Shown: piece after piece, positions 49,131 through 63,099 of the stretch
How positions within the stretch are numbered: the first letter of the stretch is position 1
Layout of the letters: each line of letters starts with the position of its first letter
Source: the human T2T-CHM13v2.0 reference genome, Homo sapiens
DNA: 64,000 nucleotides
Reading direction: 5' to 3' (one strand)
Assembly (NCBI RefSeq): GCF_009914755.1
Contig: NC_060929.1
The notes under the pieces: generated by a model
Told to the model about the DNA's origin: nothing
The model's input: the letters and a program-made list of their open reading frames with translations, nothing else
Database searches by the model: none
Program-made: the position numbers and the translations under genes

Positions 49131-49579
49131 TTTTTGTTTAGTTTTGTGTTTGTCTTTGAGACAGCTTCTAACTCTGTTGTCCAGGACGCAGTGCAGTGGT
49201 GTGATCACGGCTCACTGTAGTCTCAACTTCCCCAGGTTCAGGAAATCCTCTCACCCAAGCCGCCCAAGCAGCTGGGACTACAGGAATGCACCATCACACC
49301 TGCTAATTTTTGTATTTTTTTGTAGAGATGGGGTCTCCCTATGTTGCCCAGGCTGGTCTCGAACTCCTGGGCTCAAGCAATCCTCCTACCTTGGCTTCCC
49401 CAGGCTCAGGGATCCATGATCGTACCACCACACTGCATCCTGTGCAACAGAGTTAGACCCTGTCTCGGGGAGGGGGAAAAAAAAAAAGCCTGTTTTTTTT
49501 TTTTTTTATTTTGATTAACCTAGTATTTCCCAAAGTGCTTGGATTATAGGATTATAGGTGTGAGCCACTGCGACCAGCC
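49131..49579 (-). mobile_element. AluJ containing an inverted duplication (about 49401-49534)
   Basis: TSD AAAACAGG; the internal insert is the reverse complement of the Alu's own 3' end plus its flank. Confidence 0.85.
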
Positions 49580-50280
49580 AAAACAGGTTCTTTAAGACTT
49601 CTCAGAGACCCAAAAATGTTAATAAGTCCTAGGAGCCCCTAAATGTGGACTACATTTCAAGCATTTTCTGAAACTTACTGTTTCCCCATGAGTCCTCTAG
49701 GAACATATCTAAACAAACTAACATTTCAAGGAACACAGCTGGGAAATGCTGCATTGATACAGGCTTCCCATCCTTTTTAAATACAAGTAATTTAATTTTT
49801 TTTTAAGATTTCAATTCCCTCATAATTCCCAGATCATCTCATACTTTTATTAAAAGACTCTCATTCTAGCTACTTCTCTGTGGTTTTGTGTAAGTAAAAC
49901 AACATTAATAAGAAAGAAAAATACATTTTGCTCAGTTGAATTTCTCCCTATTCATTTTTCTTCATGTTTTAAGTAAAGAAGAAATCAGCATGGAATGAAG
50001 ATAAGTTACATTAGGCCCACATCTTTAAATAGTTTTTCTTCCCTCTGAGACAACTGAGGAAAGCAAACCGGCACCTGCTCTGAAACCTAGCAGAAAAACT
50101 ACCCTCGAGTCCTGTGTTTCCACATAGATGTCCAGCTAAATTAAACTGCCCCTTAATTTTCTTTTGCTTTCCCTGAATAAATTAAAAGTTACACGACCCC
50201 AGTGATCTCCGGATAGTGAAAAATCACACATTTTATTTTATTCTTTGTGTTTTTCTTTAGTTTCAGTTTTTGTACAATAA

Positions 50281-50588
<308 letters not shown>

Positions 50589-50849
50589 TATCTTACTTCT
50601 AAAAGGCTTAGTTTGAAAGGAAGAAAACAAGTCAGAGGGCACTAAAGTTGAAATCCATCTGCACCATTCTATCAAGATGTGTGGGGAAGTACCAACGACT
50701 CTCAATTAAGGTGGGCAAGTCTTTGCAAGAAACTTGCTAAAAATAATTATGTAAAAATTACACGATGAAAAGTTAGTTCTTTAAATAAGCCAAACTCTAA
50801 AATTCTCATGAATGCAAAACTAAATTTTATCTGGATTTCAACTTAAGGA

Positions 50850-51070
50850 GACAGAGTGGTGAAACTAACAGAACATCAACAAAACTAGGGTGTGAGCCCT
50901 CTTCTGTTGGCCCTTACCTCTTTCAGTCCCCTTCCTAGTCTGTAAGATGGGAGAGAACATACATCATGCATGGTTATTGTAAAGACTGTCTAAAAAATAT
51001 ATTTAAAAACTCATCGCACAGCGCCTGGCATTTATATAGTAAGTGCTCAATAAACTGCAACTATTGTTAT
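50850..51070 (+). mobile_element. MIR
   Basis: TCTGTAAGATGGG..GGTTATTGTAAAGA..CAGCGCCTGGCA..TAGTAAGTGCTCAATAAA. Confidence 0.7.
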
Positions 51071-51537
51071 TAAACAATCAGAAATATCCTAAATGCTTCC
51101 AGAAGAAATAAAGAAGCATTGTTACTACTGAAATTATATTAATTACTAAGTCAATTTCAACATTTATCCTGATGAAAACAGAATCCTTCCCAGACAGGCA
51201 ATCCTTGAGAATCCATGACATAACCTGGGCGAATGATTCCAAATCAAATACATTATTTGTCAAAGTTATTAAGCAAAATGTAGAAATGCAAAACAACTAA
51301 GGATTTAATCACAGCCAGTTATTTAATAAGTCCAAGCTTTACAGACTGCTATCACCATTACTTACAAAAAAGAAGAAATTCAACTATGGGGAAAAAACAT
51401 GCATCCCAACAAACAAATGGCAATACTAATAGGATTATGTTGGAAATTACATGGCTTCAGCAGAGGCAGAATGCTTACCTATAAAGCAATGATTTCTAAG
51501 AAGAAAAACAAAATCAACAACCCTCATTTTTGTTTAC

Positions 51538-51732
51538 CTGGATGAGTCATGGTAACTGGCTCCTCTTTGGATTTATTATTGTAGATGACTACAGCAACTG
51601 CATTGTGGAAAGCGGCCCGTGATATTTTCTCTTTAAACGTGCAGTTTCCCCTCTGCAGCAAGGCAATCCACTGTTTGATATTAGGAGGGACAAAGAACCG
51701 GGTTTGTGGATCACAGCCCAGATGATCAGCAA
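51538..51732 (-). CDS. RNF130: RNF130 internal coding exon (likely exon 2), lumenal PA domain; 195 bp, phase 1-1
   Basis: Translates (V)[64 protein letters not shown](G), including the PA-domain motif [11 protein letters not shown]. Acceptor TTTCTTTTTCTTTTCAG| and donor CAG|GTAAAC on the minus strand. Confidence 0.96.
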
Positions 51733-52878
51733 CTGAAAAGAAAAAGAAATACACACATTAAAGATAAATAAAACTGACCAAGTCTTTATCAAAGTGTCAA
51801 CTGCTTTCTGAATACCACACAGAGCTAAAGCACGTGAAGCAGCTCGCTGCCAGCAGAGCTATGAATACATCCACAAACAATACAATGAAGCTGAATCAGT
51901 ACCTATAGGGAGAGATGCTCCATGGGACGGTTACCTATAATGCAAATTAAAACAATGAAAATTTCTTAACTTTACAGACTGATAAAAAATAAAAAAGGAC
52001 TGATAATATCCAGTACAGGGTGGTAAAGGGAGGAGGAAGAAAAGGCCAACACAGACGAGAAACCCAGGTGACTGATGTAACCCTGACACCCTGACTCTTA
52101 CTCATTCCTGTTCATGTACTAGCCTCTCCACACACCGCCACCACCGCTATCCCCACAGTGAGAAAACAGGAGCCTGGACTGGGGGCCAGTGAGGAGGCCA
52201 AAATAATCCTCGGTTCAGTTACTAAGTGATCCTGTTGAAATTCAACCATGTTAGAGCAAATTTCTTCATAAATGTCTAAGGAAAATTTAAAAGTTTGGTT
52301 TTGGCTTATATTTGAAAGTTGAAGTAGTTAAAATAACATCTAAGTAGAATAAATGTATTATTCCTCTAATTTATGTTAGCAAAAGTCACCCCACAACTCC
52401 GTATCAAGATACACTTACTGTATCCATCTGTCTAACAGGTTACAAGAAGACACTAAGAATGTTGGTACTACAAATTACATGGCCACTGTTCTGGATTTTT
52501 TGGGATAGTTTATTTAAAATACTCATAAGTACATTTAAATCTGTCAGAGTAAGCGCCTCAATTTTTCACTCTGCACATATGGCCATCATGGTTCTGGCAT
52601 CCTCTGCAAATCTTAAGAAGAAGCCCCCGGCTGCTCTTCCCACTCCCACTTTCACATTTATAACAGGTTCAAATGAGAGAGAAGGGCAGCCCAGAAGGGG
52701 AGAGAAGTCACCAAAGGTAGAGTCTGCAGACTGCTGGCGCACAGTGGCAGAGGGTGCCAGCCCTGTGCCCTGAGTCAGCCCTGCCGGTCCTCTGTGTGCC
52801 GGGAAGGAAGTAAGGAAAGGGAACACAGCGCATGGATCTAAAAAGGTGACACCAGAAGTAAATAAATCATAAAAGCAA

Positions 52879-53131
52879 GGCGAGGTGTGGTGGCTCACGC
52901 CTGTTAATCCCAGCACTTTGGGAAGCCGAGGCAGGTAGATTGCTTGAGCCCAGGAGTTTGAGACCACCCTGGGCGACAAAGTGAAACAAAAAATACAAAA
53001 AAATTAGCTGGGTGTGGTGGGGCACATCTGAATTCGCAGCTACTGGGGAGGCTGAGGTGGGAAGACTGCTTGAGCCATGATCGCACCACTGAACTCCAGC
53101 CTGGGTGATAGAACAAGACCTTGTCTCAAAA
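52879..53131 (+). mobile_element. AluJ with deletions
   Basis: Alu match; TSD AAATCATAAAA. Confidence 0.85.
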
Positions 53132-54120
53132 CAAATCATAAAAACATGAAGTATTAATTGTAGTAGATAAAGAGATGACGCCAGTGGGAAAATGTTGGCT
53201 TTCTACACACCTGGAAGCACATGCCTAGCAAAAGAAACTAAATGCTTACACGACTTAAATTGTAAAATGTAAAGATGCCAGTAACTTCAGAGAACTATTA
53301 CATCTACCATTCCCACTTAAATATCTTTCCCCAAATTTTCTTTCAACTATTGTGGTGAGAGACTGCACCAAGAGTGTATTTGCTACCAGAGGTCTCCTAA
53401 TACATGAAATGGAAGATGAATGTTTTCACAATTTTTCATGATTGATATTGTATACGACCATTACCTACCCTTTTCCTTAAAAGGTTTCTGCACTCTGAAC
53501 CTTTAACCCTTCCTCAATCAAATTAAACGGGGATAGAAGCCTATGTCATGATTTTAGGAGTCAACTATTGAAAGACACAGACGATGCACTATAAAACTTT
53601 AAAATCCTGAAACAGATTGTTTACTTTCATCACTATCTGTTTCACCGATAATTATGCTGTAAAATAAAAGCAGCTCAGTGACCTGTTACGATAATCTCCT
53701 CTTAGAAAAATGTCTAATACTGTATCCAAACGGGGAATAACCAAGGAACTGGTTTTAGGTGTTCTGTTCGTTATTTTTCAAAACATACTGCTGCACAAAC
53801 CCTGGAAGAAAACGCAAAATCAAGAATATCTAAAGTGATGTGTACCCCTGCCTTCTGTGCAACACATTTAATCATTTGTCTGTGACTTATCTCTTCTTCC
53901 CTGTGGTCTCGCATACATGCACAATGTAGTAAAAAGCAAACAACATAGTTATGGAATCAGCAAGACTGTGCTCCAAGGTCTAGATCAACTGCTTACTAGC
54001 TGTGTAACTATCACAGGTGACTGAAATTCTCCCATCTTTAATTTGTACTTATTTATAAAGATTTAGATAGTCTTATCTCACAGAATTTTACACGTGAAAA
54101 AGCCAAGAGTAATGCTTTCT

Positions 54121-54415
54121 GGCCAGGCGTGGTGGCACACACCTGTAATCCCAACACTTTGGGAGGCCAAGGTGGGAAGACCACTCAAGGCCAGGAGTTC
54201 AAGACTAGCCTGGGCACATAGTAAGACCCTCATCTCTACACAAAATAAAAAACAAAAAAATTAGCTAGGCATGGTGGCACGCACCTGTAGTCCCAGCTAC
54301 TCAGGAAGCTGAGATGGGAGGATCGCTTGAGCCCAGGAGTTCAAGATTACAGTGAACTATGATCATGTCGCTGCACTCCAGCCTGGGTGACAGAGCAAGA
54401 CTCTATCTCTAAAAA
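54121..54415 (+). mobile_element. AluJ
   Basis: Full Alu. Confidence 0.88.
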
Positions 54416-55636
54416 ACAGTAATAATTCCTTCATTCTTCAATGCTTAAAAAACACTCTTTCCCTTTGTTTGTTTCACTGACATTCATCCTATGTTGTCTT
54501 GGTGATCCAGTTTGGTCCCCTTGGGAGTTTCTGTGCCAAAATATGTGAGCTACCCCACGCTCAGCAGCACCCCACACTCCTCTGCTCTTAGTAACCACCA
54601 CTCACAGATCCCAAGCCTCATCTTTTTTACCTCTTTCGACAGTGTCACAGTCCACTCAGAAGACAGCAGTTCAGTAATATTCATAATATTCTAAGAATGA
54701 AAAGACACAGCAAGGGGTGCAACCACGGAGCAAAAGTTATCAAACATACTGCAGGAGGACTTTAAAACTCTGCTAAAGGAATCCCGCCCACTGAGAACAG
54801 ATTCTATGAACAACAGCATGATCAAAACAAATCCAACAACGGCCTGTATAAGCAAAACAATGTTCCTGTTTCCCAAAATTCATCTAATCATCATCCATAA
54901 AAGGTCTCTGAAAACATTCATATTGGTAGTACAATACAAAATAAGCAAGGATAGGAAGCTTCTGTTCAAAAAAGTGGTATTTATTATTCAGAAGAAAATA
55001 AGAGGTTTTCATAAGCAGGAACTTAATACTGTAGTATACTCATTCTACCTAGTTATTCCCTCCTGTAATTAAGAAAATATAAATAATGAAAACAACGGTT
55101 CTATAACAACTTTTCATGACTGATAACTATAATTAAGTAGTATTACTCCAAAATTTAATACCAGTTGTTTACACTTGAGCAATTTATTAAGTGAAGACAT
55201 ATTATGGTGTAAAATATCTATATAATTATAAGCCTTTAAAATTTGTCAATAGCAATTCTGTTAAAATTCAGAATAACGGTACTTCCGTTTTTCTTACCTG
55301 CCAACTTTTATAAGAGGATACTATCTCTGAATTATTTGCATTTATTAATTATAGAGCCAGGAAAAACTTACTAGAGGTTCTGATAAAAATTTCAAGATAG
55401 ATAATACAAAATATTTTACTACAGAACTTAATTTTTTTTTTCCTCTAGGGCTTTTTCCTGCTGAGTCCAAAAGTATTAAAAGTAATGAGACTTATTTACC
55501 TCTTGACAGGCACCAAACAATTCTGGGCTCCTCACCTCAATGAATAGTAACTTATGTGCTCAGCTACACGCTAAGTACCAAAGAGAGATACAATGTGGCA
55601 AACGCCTTGCTCTTGACTCTTAAAGAGCCTCCACAT

Positions 55637-55930
55637 GGCCGGGCGCGGTGGCTCACGCTTGTAATCCCAGCACTTTGGGAGGCCGAAGTGGACAGATCAT
55701 GGGGTCATGAGTTCGAGACCAGCCTGACCAACACAGCGAAACCCCATCTCTACTAAAAATACAAAAATTAGCTGGGCATGGTGGTGGGTGCCTGTAATCC
55801 CAGCTACTCAGAAGGCTGAGGCAGGAGAATTGCTTGAACCCAGGAGGCGGAGGTTACAGTGAGCCAAGATTGTGCCACTGGACTCCAGCCTGGGCGACGG
55901 AAGTAGACTCCGTCTCAAAAAAAAAAAATA
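55637..55930 (+). mobile_element. AluS
   Basis: Full Alu; TSD AGCCTCCACAT. Confidence 0.9.
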
Positions 55931-56347
55931 AAAGCCTCCACATTCACTGAGGCATCATAATTGGCACCAGCACAGAAGCTGACGTTAGAGGGTGCCAACA
56001 CGAAGTGCACTTAAGAGACTGAAGGAGGGAGGAGGGCAGGACGATGGTCAAGATTTAGTGTTAGCTGGAGCCCACATGGAACCCCTGAAACTTGCGCAGC
56101 CAGGAAGGAGGTGGATACGCAAGTTGCCAGCATAAAAACACAGAGCAAAGACTAAACTCTTCTCTTGAACTCTTGCAAAATTAAGTAAGACGATATGTAA
56201 CAGAGCCTACAACACTATACAAATTTAAGAAGGTCAAGTTCAGAAAAGATCTCATTTGCAATGAGAGAAGGGGAAGAATATTCAGGTAAGAATAGTATGT
56301 AAATATTTAAAGGGCTGTAGGAATGAAATCTCTATTCCACACCCCAC

Positions 56348-57478
56348 TGTGTTCGGAATTCGTGGGTTCTTGGTCTTGCTGACTTCAAGAAGGAAGCCGC
56401 GGACCCTCACGGTGTTACAGTTCTTAAAGATGGTATGTCCGGAGTTTCTTCTTACTGGTGGGTTCGTGGTCTCACTGATTTCAAGAGTGAAGCTGCAGAC
56501 CTTCTCAGTGAGTGTTACAGCTCATAAAGACCGCAGGGACCCAAACAGTGAGCAGCAGCAAGATTTATCTCAAACAGGGAAAGAACAAAGCTCCCACAGC
56601 GCGGAAGTGGACCTCTGCACGTTGCCGCTGCTGGCTCGGGCAGCCTGCTTTTATTCCCTTATCTGACCCCACCCACATCCTAATTGGTCAATTTTACAGA
56701 GAGCTGATTGGCCCATTTTGACAGGGTGCTGACTGGTGCGTTTACAAACCTTGAGTTAGACACAGAGTGCTGATTGGTGCATTTACAAACCTTGAGTTAG
56801 ACACAGAGTGCCGATTGGTGCATTTACAATCCTCCAGCTAGGCACAAAAGTTCTCCAAGTCCCCACCAGATTAGCTAGACACAGAGCAGTGACTGGTGCC
56901 TTTACAAACCTTGAGCTAGACACAGAGTGCTGATTGGTGCATTTACAATCCTTTAGCTAGACAGAAAAGTTCTCCAAGACCCCACCCAACTCAGGAGCCC
57001 AGCTGGCTTCCCCTAGTGGATCCCGTGCGGCATGCCCACACTCCTCAGCCCCTGGGCGGTGGATGGGACCGAGCCCCGTGGAGCAGGGGGCAGCGCTCGC
57101 CGGGGAGGCTCCAGTGGCGTGGACGGAGGGGGGTGGGGCTCGGGCATGGCAGGCCCTGCCCCATGGGGAGGCATCTGAGGCCCCACGAGAATCTGTGCGC
57201 GGTGGACCGCGGCACGTGCAGGCCCACAGTGCTGAGGGACCCAGCGCACCCTCCGCAGCTGCTGGCCCAGGTGCTAAGCCCCTCACTGACCGGGGCAGGT
57301 GCTGGGCCCGCCAAGCTCACACCCACGCAGAACTCCAGGGCCAGCCTCGGCCAGCCCAGAGAGGGGCTCCCACAGTGCAGTGGTGGGCTGAAGGGCTCCT
57401 CAAGCGTGGCCAGAGCAGACACCAAGGCGAAGAGGCACCGAGAGCGAGCAGGGGCTGCTAGCACGTTGTCACCTCTCA
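56348..57478 (-). mobile_element. Solo LTR12 (ERV9), 1131 bp, same orientation as RNF130
   Basis: Minus strand starts TGAGAGGTGACAACGTGCTAGCAG and ends ...GAATTCCGAACACA; perfect 4-bp TSD CCAC; CpG-rich U3; tandem CCAAT-containing repeats. Confidence 0.93.
56640..56960 (-). promoter_or_regulatory. LTR12 core promoter/enhancer: CCAAT (NF-Y) repeat array and AATAAA-type TATA box
   Basis: Five intact ATTGG (minus-strand CCAAT) motifs in GCACCAATCAGCACTCTG-type repeats, followed by GGGAATAAAAGC. Activity is not shown by the sequence. Confidence 0.6.
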
Positions 57479-58545
57479 CCACCAGTCTGAAACTCTCCTC
57501 CTCTTTGATTCATTTGATTTAGTAAAACCTCATTTCTTAGAAATGTAAACACGCCACATAAGAAGCACTCACCATGTTGTGTAGGCTAAGGGTTTCCTTC
57601 CTACCCCTGAGAATTGTCAGTCTGCTGCAGGGGCAGAAGTGATAGCCTCGGACAGTATTTTTCTGCAGTGATGGTCAAAACAGGCGGCCGCACAGCACAG
57701 TGGCAAAGATGTGCCTCTCCCTCTCAGAGCCTGTGTGTGTCACTTCATCCTCCTGAAATGCCAGTCCCACCACTCTTGCTCACCACCTTCTGAGCCTCAG
57801 GATTCTGCCAAAATGTCTTCTCCAGAACGCTTTCCCAGCCTCCTAAGACTGAGTTGGGTGCTTTTTTCAAGTTGCCATGGCACCCTTAGGTTACATCCAT
57901 CTTGGCATTTATCATACTGTATTAGTAACTGGCTGTTTACTTCTGAGGCTTTCCTTCCGGAATGTGAGGTCTAGCATCTCCTGCGAATATGTCTGGCACA
58001 TAGATGTTTAACATGATTGATGAAGGAAAAGGGGAAAAACAACAGGGAAATTAAGCCAAAACTGGCATTAAAAAAAAGTTTGTGGCAAAGAGTTCTGTTT
58101 CACGTGGTAATATCCTGACTACGGTAATGTTCTATCAGTTGCTTCCTACAAAAGAGGTAAAAATAAAAATGAGACTAATTAGTTACCCCGGATTTAGATT
58201 CCTCCATTGTCAGCTATGGTCTGGTTGCTTTCCTACTCCTGAATTAGATTATAATTTCTTTATTCTTTAAATTTCCTGCTTCTACCCTATCTTTCCTTAT
58301 TTTCCTTTGTCAAATTCTAATTTTATGATTCAAAGAAAAAATACAATTCATCATTTCTGTTATCAATTTCTTAATTTTATTTTTAATGGCAGCTACTGGA
58401 CTTAGGTGGAGCTTTCATTCTCTTTATCCACTTCCATGGATATAACTTATTATTTTACTGCTTCTACACTTTCACTTAAACCTAACATTTCTTTTTATTA
58501 CTTAGCTTCATTGGGTGTTTAGTCTTATTGAAAATGTTTTTTTCT

Positions 58546-58845
<300 letters not shown>

Positions 58846-59564
58846 TCTCAGGCCACTCTTTGTTCTCCAAACTGGCCTGCCCCAGCCAAGTGCTCTCCTC
58901 TCTCCACTCCCACGTCCCACTTCCTCCAGGCTTTCCTCCTGCACTACCACAGTCATTCTTTGGGTCTTTACTGCCTCTTCTTCCTCCAGTCGAACCTTCA
59001 ATACTGACGCTCCCGAGTACTCTGCCTTCCCTGGCGTGGGCCCAGGACTCTCCAGGGCTCATGTTCACCATGTCAACAGCACACTTTTTTTTTTTTTTAT
59101 TGGAACAACAATGCTTACTAACATCTCATGCTGAGCAGCCCTCTTCTGAGAAATTATTTTTCATTTTTACTTCTATGAACCCAGTTTCTAATAGACACAG
59201 CTAAATCAGGTCAACAGCATGCTAAGAATCGGGAGAGGAAAGTGGAAAATTACACACACAGAAGGGAATTCATTCCCTTCCATTCCAAGCAAAACCTCTG
59301 CCTTGATGAGTTAATAGGAGTTTTCCAAGATTTCAACTGGTTTACATGGAAGGGGCACGGAAGGGAGTCTGTAGTCCGGTTTACGGCAAATCACTCTGTA
59401 TCTAATTTGTCTGTTTCCAGGTTGCTCTGCCCTGCTTCTAGGCTAGAGGATGATATTATTATCAAAGGCTACAGGATTAACCTCCGAATCTAGGCAATTT
59501 CTGCTTGACTCACATAGGAAGAACCAGTGTTCCATGTAACAAAATCAATGACTTAGATTGATTA

Positions 59565-59725
<161 letters not shown>

Positions 59726-61077
59726 ACGGGAAGAGGGAATTTATCCTGTCTCAGAACAGGGCTGTATTTTGCGGTGAAGAATTCAGCACCTCAGCAGTGT
59801 CACCAGGATCTGGTTCCTTTTCATCTCTTCCCTTTGCCATCTGTAGCTTCAGCTTCATCCTAAGAGTCCCCTCTTTATCATAAGATGACTGCCAGCAGCA
59901 ACTGAAGTCACACAGCTCCCTGTTCATATTCAGTGGGAGACAGAAAAAGCCAACCCTCCAGGTATGTAATTTAAGCTCTTCACTTCTGTGCAGCTCACCC
60001 TAGGTCATTTATCCTTCTGTGCCCCACACCCTCTTCTGGGACTCAAACAGGTGTCACTTAAAGCATGTGGCTGCATGGAAGTGATCACAGATGCCTGAAT
60101 TACATAAGGTTTCTGTTTTCTGTTTTAAATAAGCAGAGGCTGGTAGGCAATTAACAGCTCACTTCAAACCTCAAGGTAACCTTATACAGTGGCTCTTAAT
60201 TCATCAGAATCCACACTTGGCAATTCAAACCCACCAAAAAGGACAAAACCCAAAAAGAAAGCTTCTTTGGTTTCCAAGCGCTTTGACACAGGGAGACAGC
60301 TAAGGTACCACCCCTCTGCCTCCTTCCCTCACTCGAGGGAAACATGAGCTATTTGGGAGTGGAGAGCCCCACTTGAAGATCAGCAGCTACAGCAAGCATT
60401 CTTGACAAGGCTCTGGGGATAGAATTCAGGGCTGAGTGACATTTGGATGAGGGGAAATCATCTTTATTTCTGCTAAAATCTAACTGAAATCTAGCATTTT
60501 ATTTATTTATAAACACAGATAACAAACCATCTGTAACTCTGTAACCAGCAGCAACCACATTACAGTTATTGCAAATACTGCAAAATACTGATAAGGTGAT
60601 TAGGCCCACCACTGAATCCTGTCCCTAATGTTAACTGTACAAGTATTACCATGTCACAGACATGTTAAGTATTTTAAATACTTTGATACATTGTTTCAGT
60701 ATACTTGGGTTTCTTTAATCCTATTTACTCCTGCACTTAACACTATTCTGAGAAGCAGCCCACAGGTTAAATCAGACTGCAAAAGGAGTCTCAACTGCCA
60801 CGCTTAGTCTATTTGCATATGTATATGATATAGCTGGATTCATCTCTATTATTTTATTGTGTTCTTATTTATTCTACTTTTCTAAGCTTCTTTATACTTT
60901 TTTTCCCTCTCCTTTCTGCCTCTGAATATATTGACCGAATTTCATTTCCCCCTTTTCCTCATCTATATATTCAAGTTCTATTTTTTTAGTGCCTACCCTT
61001 AAAATGTTAACATGCATACCTGATAAAAGGTCTACAATTAATCAGTACCTCTATTCTCCTCCTGAATACCTCAAGGC

Positions 61078-61669
61078 TCTTAGTTTCCTAGGGCTGCCAG
61101 AACAAAGTACCACAAGCATGGTGGCTTAAACAACAGAAATGTATTCTCCCACAGTTCTGAAGGCCAGAAGTCCAAAATCAAGGTGTAGGCAGGGCCACTC
61201 TCCCTATGTCTAGCTCTATCTAGTTATTTCTTTATACAGATATGTAGATACAAAGGGATTTATTATAAGGAATTGGCTCTGGCAATTATGGAGACAGACA
61301 AATCCCAAGCTCTGCAGGGTGAGCTGGCAGGCTGGAGACCCAGCAGAGCCGATGGAGTTCCAGGCCAAAGACCAGCAGGCTCCGCGCCCACAAGAGTCAA
61401 AGGTCTCAGCCATAAGGCAGTCAGGCAGGAGGAAACCCCTCTGACTCCAGGGAGTGTCACTTTTTTGTTCTATTCATGCCATCAGTGGAATGGATAAGAC
61501 CCACCCACATTATGGAGAGCAATCTGCTTTATTCGGTCTACCCATTCAAACGTTAACCTCGTCCAAAACCACCCTGACCGAAACACAAGAATTCTCTCAG
61601 GATACTGTCTGACCAAGTATGTGGGCACCTGTGGCCCAGTCAAGGTGAAACATAGAATTCACCATCACA
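61078..61669 (-). mobile_element. MLT1 LTR fragment (61078-61205) followed by an MLT2-type LTR fragment (about 61225-61669)
   Basis: AACAAAGTACCACAA..GGCTTAAACAACAGAAATGTATT; then TTTATTATAAGGAATTGGCT..GGCCCAGTCAAGGTGAAACATAGAATTCACCATCACA. Confidence 0.8.
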
Positions 61670-61891
61670 GTCCTCCTCACAGCTCACTTTTTTCCTTCTG
61701 TGTTCCATTTCCCTCCTCCTTATTCTACATCCTTCAGAAGTTCTTTCAATGAGGATCTGTTAGGTAAACTTGTATTTTACATCTGAAAACATCTTTCTTT
61801 TGTTCTCATTCTTGAGTGACAGGTTAATTAAGTAAAAAATTCCAGACTGTTAATTTTCTCTCAGCACTTCGGGGTTGTTCTTGCACTGTCC

Positions 61892-62186
61892 TTTTTATTT
61901 TTATTTTTGGAGACAGGGTTTCACTCTGTCACCCAGGGTGGAGTGCAGTGGCACAATCAGAGCTCACTGCTCAACTTCCTGGGCTCAAGTAATCCTCCCA
62001 CCTCAGCATCCTGAGTAGCTGGGACTACAGGCATGCACCACCATGCCTGGCTAATTTTTGTATTTACCCCAACATGAGGTCTCACTATGTTGCCCAGGCT
62101 GGTCTCGAACTCCTGAACTCAAACAATCTGCCCACCTCGACCTCCCAAACTGCTGGGATTACAGGCGTAAGCCACCAAACCTGGCC
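61892..62186 (-). mobile_element. AluJ
   Basis: Diverged full Alu. Confidence 0.87.
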
Positions 62187-62316
62187 AATTCTAGTACTTT
62201 TAAAAAGTAAACTAAATGTGTTTCTTGTTTTTCTCCTAATTGACAATTCTTACAATTACCAATTGTAAATAAAAAGGTGATACATTCTTACAACAAATTA
62301 TCACCTTTTTGTATAG

Positions 62317-62637
<321 letters not shown>

Positions 62638-63099
62638 TTTGTACAGAATTTTTAAGAAGGTGGCAGCAAAATACCTTCTGGACACCTAAATGCTGGATGC
62701 TGCAGTCAACATGGCAGGAATGTCCTAACAGTGGAACTGCAGCAGATGCACTTGTCAGCAGCCGTCCATCATTGTTTGTCTGCTGAACTTAGTTACTGTG
62801 TATCTCAAATGGATTTTGATTATTTTTTACATCCTTAGAACGCAAATATATCTGTTGGATGTTCTCCATGACATAATAAAAAGCATCTTAAGAGTAAGTT
62901 TAAATGACGGCTAATACAAATCACTTTGCATGAAAAGTCAATTTCAAAAATAATAATTTCTATTATAAATGATGCAACAGATACTTCATGCAAGATGCTA
63001 CAGATCTAAATAACTGAAAATTAGAGCTTGGTCCTCATACAAAGTTGGTGTCACAGTGCAATATAAGTGTTAATTGTTTATCCACATCACTCTTCGTTC

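Noticed and set aside
56957-57522. Cluster of 78-168 aa ORFs and CpG-island-like composition
   Set aside because: Explained by the GC-rich U3 of LTR12; not the RNF130 promoter island.
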